32,000 nt of DNA from Candidatus Micrarchaeum sp. (GTDB lineage Archaea > Micrarchaeota > Micrarchaeia > Micrarchaeales > Micrarchaeaceae): positions 570,001-602,000 of the forward strand of contig NZ_CP060530.1 in NCBI RefSeq assembly GCF_016806735.1, given 5' to 3'. Each line of letters begins with the position of its first letter. Position 1 is the first letter of the stretch. The notes below the pieces were generated by a model that ran no database searches, was not told the DNA's origin, and saw nothing but the letters and a program-made list of their open reading frames with translations. Made by a program: the position numbers and the translations under genes. Shown piece after piece: positions 15,143-22,964 of the stretch.

Positions 15143-17050
15143 TTGAAGCGTGAATCTGTAACGGGTGAGGCATTTTTTGCAACTGGGAGCATAATCTACA
15201 TGCTCGTTGTACTGCTCTATTCTTCACACGCGTATTTTTCCAATTCCCTTTCCGCAGTTATTGACATCTACTCCATGGCTTATCTTGCATTTGCGATAGG
15301 GTTTTCGCTGCTCAGGAGAAAAAAGCACTTTGTGAAATTTTCACTTGCAGCCCTTGCCGCAACCGCCATAATTGCTGCAATTTCGCTGGCATATATGTCA
15401 TCGATTCCACTCATTGGGAATTCAATAATTGGAGAAGCGGTAAATGTTGGAATAGCCTTTGCAATAATATTCCCGACCACTGCCATTGCCGTATTTGGGT
15501 TTTATTTTATCCGCACCAGGCCTTTGAAGAAATATGCAAAGGGCATAGGCGCAATACTCCTTATAGTGGCAATAGCCCTTTTCTTTTACTACCAGTTGTA
15601 CGGTTTTGGCTACAAGGGAGTGAATGCTGATGATGAAACGGTTCTTTCATATTATGCGTTCAAGGCCATGCAGGCAGGCCAAAATCCGTACGGCATAGGC
15701 ATAAGCAATGTCCTAAAGCACAATTCGACCACATACGGCTTTACCCTGACAACAGAAAATAAGGTAGTTGGGTATCTCGATTATCCGGTGCTTTTCGTGC
15801 TGGCTTTGGCGCCATTTTATTATCTTGCACATGGTACCGCAAGTTCTATTATATACTCGGCAAATTCGGCGGCTTACTTGATATTCCTCATGCTTGCAAT
15901 ACTCTCGTTTGCCGCTGCCATAAGCAAGCAAAGGCTCAAAAACTTCAAGATGCTTCTGCCTGCAATCTTCGTTTTCATACTTTATTTCGTGCAGATACTT
16001 TCAGTTCAATACTTAATAATGGCCATTGCGCTGATAGCTGTATTTTACAGCATTGACAAATGGTACGCTTTCGTGGTTTTAGGAATAGCAGCTTCGCTGC
16101 AGGAGCTTCTGTGGATTCCGATACTTTTTGCCATTGTTTACATCGCAGCTTCCAGAGGGGTTATAAGGGGAGCCAAGGCTTCGATTGGGGCGATTGCAAT
16201 ATTCATTGTGATAAACGGGTATTTCATACTGGAGAATCCTGGAATTTACATAAGCCACATGCTGGCGCCAGTCAATGGCTATTTATTGCCGTTTCTGCTT
16301 TCGCCGATACCTTCGCTGCTGATGTTGTTTTATCCGGTGTCAATGCATGGGCTCGAACTGATATTTTATATTTCGATCACAATGGGTGCGACAGTAGTTT
16401 ATGTGGCCAGGAATAAAATGCTGGTTGCGTCTATGAGCCTGTTCGCTTACTTTTTCCTCTATCACACCCTAGCCGCGTACTTTGCGGTCTCGATAACGCT
16501 GCTATTCTTCATAATTGTAATGGAAACCAAAGAAACTACGGCAAAGCGGATTAAAAAACGGCGCGCACATAATCCAATCCCTGGGCAAAGGCTAAAGATA
16601 GGGTATGTCGTCCTGGCGGTGCTTGCGCTTGCCATGGTGGTGGTAATTGCGCATTCCCATTATTCTTATGCACACGATTTCGGTATTAGTGTTTCGTACG
16701 AAGGGATGTCAGCAAACGGGACTTATGCGATCCTTGGCATCTCCAATGGAGGAAATAAGGCCCTTAATGCAAGCGTGCTTGAAGTATATTCGACCAATTC
16801 AATAGAAGAGAACACCCTTGGACTCAGCGTTTCCCAGCCGGAATACATAACCAACATGAGCATTTGCAATACCTCGTGTATGGAGAGCAATTATATGAAT
16901 TACAACATATTGGCACTGCAACCAGGGCAGGGTTATAGAGTCAAGCTTTTCCTTCCAACAAATATGTCCTCAATGCGCTGCGAGATTTACACGAAATATT
17001 ATTATTACGAATGCCCGCCAGTAACGATTAATAATCTGGAACAAAAATAA
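15143..17050 (+). CDS. polytopic membrane protein, putative GT-C-like glycosyltransferase (paralog 2)
   Basis: The ORF-track start at 15020 overlaps paralog 1. TTG 15143 lies 1 nt after the upstream stop and 4 nt after GGGGGA (15133-15138). That start gives 635 aa colinear with paralog 1 (YQLYGFGYKGVNADDETVLSYYAFKAMQAGQNPY...LDYPVLF). Confidence 0.65.
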   Translation: MKRESVTGEAFFATGSIIYMLVVLLYSSHAYFSNSLSAVIDIYSMAYLAFAIGFSLLRRKKHFVKFSLAALAATAIIAAISLAYMSSIPLIGNSIIGEAVNVGIAFAIIFPTTAIAVFGFYFIRTRPLKKYAKGIGAILLIVAIALFFYYQLYGFGYKGVNADDETVLSYYAFKAMQAGQNPYGIGISNVLKHNSTTYGFTLTTENKVVGYLDYPVLFVLALAPFYYLAHGTASSIIYSANSAAYLIFLMLAILSFAAAISKQRLKNFKMLLPAIFVFILYFVQILSVQYLIMAIALIAVFYSIDKWYAFVVLGIAASLQELLWIPILFAIVYIAASRGVIRGAKASIGAIAIFIVINGYFILENPGIYISHMLAPVNGYLLPFLLSPIPSLLMLFYPVSMHGLELIFYISITMGATVVYVARNKMLVASMSLFAYFFLYHTLAAYFAVSITLLFFIIVMETKETTAKRIKKRRAHNPIPGQRLKIGYVVLAVLALAMVVVIAHSHYSYAHDFGISVSYEGMSANGTYAILGISNGGNKALNASVLEVYSTNSIEENTLGLSVSQPEYITNMSICNTSCMESNYMNYNILALQPGQGYRVKLFLPTNMSSMRCEIYTKYYYYECPPVTINNLEQK

Positions 17051-17054
17051 TGAT

Positions 17055-17978
17055 ATGATTTATATGAAGTCTAATTCGGGCAAATATTTGAAGCTCCTTG
17101 AAAATGTAGACATAGTGGGATTTGACGCCAGCGACGGGCTCATGCTTTATGCGGTACTTTCCAAGTCCAATAAAAAGGCGACTGAGGCGATACTGCACAT
17201 ACATGGGCTTGGAGGCAGCTTTTATGGGAGCAACAGCATACCTGAAATATTGTCTGAAGCAAAAAGGAACGGCATTGGGTTCATGTCAGTACTGACAAGG
17301 GGTAGTTACATTGTTGAGAGTTTTAGGTATAAGTCAGACAATGAAGAACTTCTGGCCGGAAGTGCTCTTGAACGTTTTGAGGATTCGGTTTACGACATTG
17401 ATGGTGCAGTAGGTTTGCTTCGTAAGATGGGATTCAGGAAAATATTTCTAGAGGGCCACAGCACCGGATGCCAGAAAATCCTTTATTATATGAATTCAAA
17501 AAAAGCAAAAAACTCGAGGGCCGTTGCAGCAATTGCATTGCTAAGCCCGGTTGACGACTACAACTATGACCTGCACGTAATGGGAAAGGAGGGATTTTCC
17601 AAGCTCACGAGGATTGCAAAAAAGGCAAAAGGGAAAAAACTGCTGATATCTACGGATGGAACTGGGCATATAGATAAACTAATAGGTCCGGAAAGATTCC
17701 TAAGCACCGTCGATTTAAGTAATCCCGAAGCAAAAGCGCTATATTATGACGGCGAACTGGATTACGTTGCGGGAATAAAAAAACCAATGTTTGTGGCATT
17801 CGGCGAAAATGACGAATTTATGAAGAAGATGAGCGCAAGAGAAGCGACTGATATACTTTCGAGGACTTATGCAGGGAAAAGGTTCGAATCCGTAATATTA
17901 AAAAATACCGGGCATACTTTCAGGCAGAGCAGGGAAGAGCTAGCCAAAGCGCTCATAAAATTCTATTCGTCCCTTTGA
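17055..17978 (+). CDS. alpha/beta-fold hydrolase
   Basis: HIHGLGGSFYG is an oxyanion-hole HG motif. The nucleophile elbow is GHSTGCQ (G-x-S-x-G), and a C-terminal GHTF supplies a candidate catalytic His. From memory (unverified), the GHSTGCQ elbow resembles the DUF1749/PF08538 hydrolases. The gene starts 4 nt after paralog 2 (alternative start ATG 17064). Confidence 0.8.
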   Translation: MIYMKSNSGKYLKLLENVDIVGFDASDGLMLYAVLSKSNKKATEAILHIHGLGGSFYGSNSIPEILSEAKRNGIGFMSVLTRGSYIVESFRYKSDNEELLAGSALERFEDSVYDIDGAVGLLRKMGFRKIFLEGHSTGCQKILYYMNSKKAKNSRAVAAIALLSPVDDYNYDLHVMGKEGFSKLTRIAKKAKGKKLLISTDGTGHIDKLIGPERFLSTVDLSNPEAKALYYDGELDYVAGIKKPMFVAFGENDEFMKKMSAREATDILSRTYAGKRFESVILKNTGHTFRQSREELAKALIKFYSSL

Positions 17979-17982
17979 TGGA

Positions 17983-18930
17983 TTATTTCGTCAGTATTTC
18001 GCAACCATCCTTGGTCACCAGCAATGACGCTTCAAACTGCGCGACCTGTGCGCCGCCAAGCTCAACCAATACAGGGTGCGACTCTATTATCCCGAGCCTT
18101 TCAAGCTCAGAGAGGCCAGAATACAGTTCAAACCTGTTTGATACCGCTGCTGAAAGCCATCTTGCAGCAAATGGCTCCATGCTGAAGTCTTTCTTTATCA
18201 ATGACAACAGATTGCGTGAATTTGGCAGCCTGGGCTGCCCTACGTCACCAACAAAACTGAATATTTCCTTTATGTCGCCGTTTGAAACTAGGCCCCTTCC
18301 GCTTGGCATTGTAGCAAAAGGCTCTATGGCTATGATCGTGTTCTCTTCCAGCTCTTCTCCGTCGCCATTGTCGTAGTTTGGTATAAACGGCTCATCGTGC
18401 AGTTCGTGTATGCCAACGCCGTGGCCTCCGAGATTTTTTATGGGCTTGAACCCCTTTTTTTCTATTGTGGATGCTATTTCCTTCCCTATGTCACGCACTT
18501 TTGCGCCTGCTTTAACTATCGATATTGCGTTATCCAGGGCCTCCTTTGATGCTTCCGCCAATGCGCCGTAATCTCCAGAAAGATCCACAGTAAGAGCGCA
18601 GTCGCCAAGTACTCCTTCTTTTGCAGCCCCAAAATCCACCTTTACCAGCCCCTTCTCAGGGAATATGGAATCGTCGTTGAGCGTCGGCGTATAGTGCGCG
18701 GCATTTGAGCCTATCGATATGTTTACAGGAAATGCCTTTCCGAAGCCCATGTCTGCCAGGAATTTCTCTGCCTCTTCTGCTGCCTTGAGAAGTCCCGAAC
18801 CCTTTATTATGTGCTTTTCGGCCTCTTTTATTGCCGAATATGAAGCTTTGCCTACTTCTCTGGCAAGCTCCTGAAATTCCTCATCGCTCATTTCCTCTTC
18901 GTCATTCGTGTCTCTGTTTTCTTCTTCCAT
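17983..18930 (-). CDS. map: methionine aminopeptidase, type 2 (archaeal)
   Basis: The metal-ligand pattern runs VKVDFGA...LGDCALTVDL...GHGVGIHELH...IAIEPF...AQFEASLLV, with AAHYTP also present. ATG 18930 lies 4 nt after the polB stop. The protein carries an acidic ~20-aa N-terminal extension. Confidence 0.9.
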   Translation of the reverse strand: MEEENRDTNDEEEMSDEEFQELAREVGKASYSAIKEAEKHIIKGSGLLKAAEEAEKFLADMGFGKAFPVNISIGSNAAHYTPTLNDDSIFPEKGLVKVDFGAAKEGVLGDCALTVDLSGDYGALAEASKEALDNAISIVKAGAKVRDIGKEIASTIEKKGFKPIKNLGGHGVGIHELHDEPFIPNYDNGDGEELEENTIIAIEPFATMPSGRGLVSNGDIKEIFSFVGDVGQPRLPNSRNLLSLIKKDFSMEPFAARWLSAAVSNRFELYSGLSELERLGIIESHPVLVELGGAQVAQFEASLLVTKDGCEILTK

Positions 18931-18934
18931 AAAA

Positions 18935-21445
18935 TCATTCCCCTAATTTTTTCTGCTTTCCGAGACCCTTTATCTCGTCCTCGCTGTAGTTGAGCTCGCG
19001 AAGTATCTTCATGGTTGCAGGCACTACCTGGTTGTTTATGTAATAGTCGGGGTCGTAATCGCTCGCGCGCTCTATGAGCTTTGCCTTGTCCGATATCGAG
19101 TCTCCATGCTTGGTTATAACGTAGCTTATTACAGCATGCTCTACTTCTTCCTTTGTCTTTACTCCGGATTCGACCGCGTCCTTAGCGGCAGCGAGTTCAG
19201 GAGATTTGGAATCGTAGCTGTCTATGCCTTTTCTGAGCTGCGTGCTTATGGCTAGATCTGCCAAAGGCACACGGCCCTCCCTAAGCTCCTTTATTATGTC
19301 CTTTACTATTTGTATGGCTTTTTCCGGGCTGCCTTCTTTCAGTATAGTTTCAAGCACTCTCCTCTGAGTGTCTCTGGCTACCTTGGACCAGTCCCTTCTT
19401 ACGAGTTCGAAGCCCCTGATCTTTATGTAGCCATTTTCTGTTATCAGTGCGTATTTTTTCTTTGCGCCGGTTATCGTGCCTTTTTCAGTCTTCTTGCCTA
19501 CGAATATGCCTCTCCTATAAAAGTCCTCAAGCTCCAGTTCCATGGATCCTGGGAGCTTTTTGTTGAACCCTGCCACAAAGTTGGTAGCCTCTTCCTTGGA
19601 CTTATCGCCCAGAAGCATAACTATGGAATCCGTATCGCCGTATATTACCCTAAACCCTGAAGTTTCGGCCTGTTCTATGGTATTGTGTATATACTGCCTC
19701 CCGTATGCGGTAACGCTGGATGCGCACTCCCTGGAGTACCATCTGGAGCGTGCATAGCCCAGATACCCGTAGAAGGAATTCGAAGTTATCTTCAATGCCT
19801 GCGATCTAGAGCCAAGGAATATGCTTCCCTTGTCCTTTTTGTAGAGCTTCTTTACCTCTGCCCTCTGCTTGACAAGCAGGTCGAGTATAGTTGGCATTAT
19901 CACTTTCTTGTTCTTGTCAAACCTGTCGCCAGTCGGAGATTCGTAATAATCAGTGCAGCTGCTGCATAGTGCCGACGGATCTATGTTGTGGGATATTATT
20001 ATCGAAGGGTATAGGCCCCTGAAGTCGAATATTGCCAGGTTCTCGTATATTCCCGGATCTGGAGTCTTCACATAGGCGCCCTCTATTGGGTTCATAAGCC
20101 TGGATTTTATCTCCCTCTCCGTTGGCTTGTTAGGTATTAGCTCGTTGAACTCGTGCGCATACCTCATCAGCATGAATTCCACGAGTTGGCCGGTAGTTGA
20201 TACCGCAACGTCGCTAAGGCTGTTGCCGGTTGTCCTTGAAAGTTCTATCATTATCGGAACAAAGGTTTCGTACACCTTTCGCAGCGATTCGGAATCGCTC
20301 AGGTTATAGTCTGCGAGCAGCTCAAGGTCTTCCGGACCTCCGTTCCACAGCTCGTTTATGTCCTTCCATTTCTGCCCCTTCGTCTTCTCCACGGTAAGCT
20401 TTTCATCCTTGCTTATAGCATCGTAGACGTTCTTCAGCGTATAGCTGTTGAGCTTTAGTATGCTCTCTGCAGCACCGACCACGGCAATAAATTTCACCAC
20501 CAGATACATGTCTATGTGGACGCGGCCGCCTATTTTTACCTTGTTCACCAGCCCGTGGCGCTCTATTCTGGTCTCGTTCCCGAACCTGCCAAGGTTGAAA
20601 TCTATCTTAAGCGCTTTTGCCCTTTCCACAAGGTACCATATGTCAAAATTCGCAGAGTTGTATCCGGATATTATGTCTATGTCAAGTTCCGAAACCCTAT
20701 CCGCGAATCTTTTGTAGAGCTCTGCTTCGTCTTCTACGTGCTCGACAAAATCCCTGTCTATCTTCTTGAACGTTATTACCCCATTGCCCTTTTTGCCTTT
20801 GGAAACGTATGAGTAGCTCAGCATTATGACAGGATCCTTTTCCGGCCTAGGTATGCCAAGCGGGCTGTACGTCTCTATGTCAAAGCACATCGTGTTGAGG
20901 TTAAGGTCGGATGGAGCTCCGGGCTTTTGCTCGTAGCCCATGAAAAGCAGCATGCCGTTCGCTTTCTTGAGCGTGAAGATCGAATCTGTCAGTGGAGACA
21001 TCTCCTTGTCTATCAGGTATCGCTTTGAAAAAGGTATGTCGTATTCGTATGTATCCCCCATGTTCCTGAGGCTCTCGGCCACTTTTGGGACGTCAGTGGG
21101 GTTGCTGACGTATACCCTGTACGAGTTTACCGGCTTTCCCAGAATGCTCCTTGGTTCCCCGATTACCTCAGTTATATGGCTGGCATTGCCTTCTGAAGCC
21201 ATAGCCTTCACGGAGTTAAGCGACGATTCGCTTGCAGGAACGAAATAAAAGTATGGCCTGAACTCGTCGTCTATGGCCTCGTATGCCAGCCCGTCAGAAC
21301 CTTTTATCGTAAGCCTTATTTTTACTATCTCGTTTATGGTAGTGTAATCGGCTTCTAGCAGCACTCCCTCTATCCTTACCGTTTCGCCGGCTGCGGCTGT
21401 TGTGGTTTGCTGTTCCAGGTTCTTAGAATCAGGCATAATTAACAT
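18935..21445 (-). CDS. polB: family B DNA polymerase
   Basis: Exonuclease motifs: Exo I FDIETY, Exo II YNSANFDIWYL, Exo III YNLSDSESL. Polymerase motifs: A DFRGLYPSIIISHNI, B KITSNSFYGYLGY, C VIYGDTDS. At 836 aa there is no intein-sized insertion. Confidence 0.95.
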   Translation of the reverse strand: MLIMPDSKNLEQQTTTAAAGETVRIEGVLLEADYTTINEIVKIRLTIKGSDGLAYEAIDDEFRPYFYFVPASESSLNSVKAMASEGNASHITEVIGEPRSILGKPVNSYRVYVSNPTDVPKVAESLRNMGDTYEYDIPFSKRYLIDKEMSPLTDSIFTLKKANGMLLFMGYEQKPGAPSDLNLNTMCFDIETYSPLGIPRPEKDPVIMLSYSYVSKGKKGNGVITFKKIDRDFVEHVEDEAELYKRFADRVSELDIDIISGYNSANFDIWYLVERAKALKIDFNLGRFGNETRIERHGLVNKVKIGGRVHIDMYLVVKFIAVVGAAESILKLNSYTLKNVYDAISKDEKLTVEKTKGQKWKDINELWNGGPEDLELLADYNLSDSESLRKVYETFVPIMIELSRTTGNSLSDVAVSTTGQLVEFMLMRYAHEFNELIPNKPTEREIKSRLMNPIEGAYVKTPDPGIYENLAIFDFRGLYPSIIISHNIDPSALCSSCTDYYESPTGDRFDKNKKVIMPTILDLLVKQRAEVKKLYKKDKGSIFLGSRSQALKITSNSFYGYLGYARSRWYSRECASSVTAYGRQYIHNTIEQAETSGFRVIYGDTDSIVMLLGDKSKEEATNFVAGFNKKLPGSMELELEDFYRRGIFVGKKTEKGTITGAKKKYALITENGYIKIRGFELVRRDWSKVARDTQRRVLETILKEGSPEKAIQIVKDIIKELREGRVPLADLAISTQLRKGIDSYDSKSPELAAAKDAVESGVKTKEEVEHAVISYVITKHGDSISDKAKLIERASDYDPDYYINNQVVPATMKILRELNYSEDEIKGLGKQKKLGE

Positions 21446-21483
21446 TTTTGTCAGGCAACGCTAAATAGTTTGTTGTATTGTAC

Positions 21484-21521
21484 GAATAAAAAGAAAGGGA
21501 GGCGCAGGCATAAAGCCCGCG
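21484..21521 (-). terminator. imperfect hairpin plus T-rich tract after the 138-aa gene
   Basis: A 7-bp stem with one mismatch, cgcaggc (21503-21509) with gcccgcg (21515-21521), flanks a 5-nt loop. On the minus strand it is followed by CCTCCCTTTCTTTTTATTC. Confidence 0.4.
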
Positions 21522-21535
21522 GAACCCATTTATTG

Positions 21536-21952
21536 TTACTTCTTCTCCTCTATCTTGGTCCTTGTTATTACCAGGGGCGGAATCAGCCCAAGCGAATAGG
21601 CAACCAGCGTTCCGGTCGCGCTGCACCTGAAGTTGAGTCCGTTTATGACTTCCTCTGCCAGGTCTACAGGCAATGTATGCGATTCTGACCATTTCTTGAG
21701 TACGCTGCTTATCGCATCCTTGGACTCGTTCATCTCTATGTTGCCGCTAAGCTTAATCTGGCCTATCGACTTGGCGTTTGCAGCCTCGCTCGCAAAATAA
21801 TCAGCGACGAATGAATACGTTATATTGAGCGTGTCGCCCTTTGAGGAGACGTCCTCCACATTTATGTTCAGCTTTGGGAACTTCTGCTGTGCCAATGCTG
21901 CGCTATCCGTTATCTTGCCCTCCACGTTGGAGATGTTGAATGCTGTTATCAT
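21536..21952 (-). CDS. hypothetical protein (138 aa)
   Basis: ATG 21952 is preceded by GTGAT 3 nt upstream and by a TATA-like box at 21980-21993. No signal peptide and no recognised motif. The secondary-structure pattern appears to be four strands followed by a helix. Confidence 0.6.
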   Translation of the reverse strand: MITAFNISNVEGKITDSAALAQQKFPKLNINVEDVSSKGDTLNITYSFVADYFASEAANAKSIGQIKLSGNIEMNESKDAISSVLKKWSESHTLPVDLAEEVINGLNFRCSATGTLVAYSLGLIPPLVITRTKIEEKK

Positions 21953-21979
21953 TTAATCACTTAAGAGAGTTTTAAAAAC

Positions 21980-21993
21980 AATATATTTAAATT
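21980..21993 (-). promoter_or_regulatory. TATA-box-like element upstream of the 138-aa gene
   Basis: The minus strand reads AATTTAAATATATT, about 30-35 nt upstream of ATG 21952. Confidence 0.35.
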
Positions 21994-22021
21994 TTGCCCT
22001 GTTTCCGCATATGGGTCTGAA

Positions 22022-22225
22022 TCAGTAAAATCCGTCGGATACGTAATCCTTGCTTTCCGAAGATGAGATTTCGTATGTCCCATCGGATTCCGGGCTGCCT
22101 GCTCCGCGTTTGCCCGAGCTTTCGGACTGGCCGCCCTCCGATTTGCCTCGCAGCATGTAAAGCCCCAATGCCCTGTCGAAAACCTTGTCCTCTTTTTCTT
22201 TTTTCGGCTCTGTTGTTGTTGACAT
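22022..22225 (-). CDS. possible small Ser/Glu/Gly-rich disordered protein (67 aa)
   Basis: The ORF-track start at 22366 overlaps the HAD gene. An internal ATG at 22225 (MSTTTEPKKEKEDK...) lies about 35 nt downstream of a minus-strand TTATAAATATAT box. The composition is low-complexity, so coding status is uncertain. Confidence 0.35.
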   Translation of the reverse strand: MSTTTEPKKEKEDKVFDRALGLYMLRGKSEGGQSESSGKRGAGSPESDGTYEISSSESKDYVSDGFY

Positions 22226-22295
22226 ATTAAAGCACATTAAGGTGCTGTTTATCCATATATTTATAATTATTGCAGTGCCTTGCAGGCGGTTGAGC

Positions 22296-22964
22296 TCACC
22301 TGCCGTTTTCAAAAGCGGCAAGAGCCTCCAACATGCTTTTGAATTTGAAGTCAGGATGGGCCTCAAGCAGTACGCTTTCGCTGGAAAATCCGTTGAGCAT
22401 GGCAGCAGAGCCCATTCCAGCCCTCTGAGCTGCGAGAATATCTTCCTTGCGGTCTCCGAAATAGATGCAGCGGTCCCTGTCCACCTTCAATATTTTTGCT
22501 ATCGCCTTCAGCCCCGTAGGGTCGGGCTTTATCCGTTTCAGGGACTGTGCGCTTAGTATTATGTCGAAATAGTCGAAAGCGTTTAGATGCTTTATTTCTA
22601 CGTATACTCTTTTCAGGCTGCCATCCGTAAAAAGCGCAGTCTTCTTTCCGGAACTGTTTAGCTTCTCCAGGAATTCTCTGGCTCCCTTGTGGAATCTTGG
22701 CTTGAGCAGCGAGAAGAACAGGTCAGCGAACTTGACGAACGAACTCATTTCTATGTCGTCGAATTCCTTTTTCGCTTTTCCGAAAAATGCGTGATGCGTT
22801 GCAGATTCTATCTCCTCTTCGTCTGCCGGAAGCTCCGATACCATTTTGGATTTCTTGAATTCAAGCCATATCGGATGATTTACCAGCGTAGGGCTGTTCA
22901 AAGTCCCGTCCCAGTCGAATATGAAGGTATCGAACCTACGCGATAAGTCGGAAGGATTTGACAT
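22296..22964 (-). CDS. HAD-superfamily phosphatase (phosphoglycolate phosphatase-like)
   Basis: Four HAD motifs are present: I FIFDWDGTL, II LFTDGS, III Lys in RIKPDP, and IV YFGDRKEDI. The ORF-track start at 22970 is GTG. ATG 22962-22964 shares one base with the leuS stop (TAATG on the minus strand), which suggests translational coupling. Confidence 0.85.
   Translation of the reverse strand: MSNPSDLSRRFDTFIFDWDGTLNSPTLVNHPIWLEFKKSKMVSELPADEEEIESATHHAFFGKAKKEFDDIEMSSFVKFADLFFSLLKPRFHKGAREFLEKLNSSGKKTALFTDGSLKRVYVEIKHLNAFDYFDIILSAQSLKRIKPDPTGLKAIAKILKVDRDRCIYFGDRKEDILAAQRAGMGSAAMLNGFSSESVLLEAHPDFKFKSMLEALAAFENGR

Noticed and set aside
17881-17891. GGTTCGAATCC, identical to the canonical tRNA T-arm/T-loop consensus
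   Set aside because: The flanking bases cannot form a T-stem, acceptor stem or anticodon arm. The 11-mer lies in frame (GKRFESV) inside the alpha/beta hydrolase CDS, so it is coincidental.
10847-21445. Possible inteins in nrdJ and polB, which are common intein hosts in archaea
   Set aside because: Both proteins are of intein-free length (757 and 836 aa). The catalytic motifs are contiguous (NPCGEQ; motifs A, B and C of PolB), and no Cys/Ser...HN-Cys/Ser/Thr splice-junction block interrupts them.
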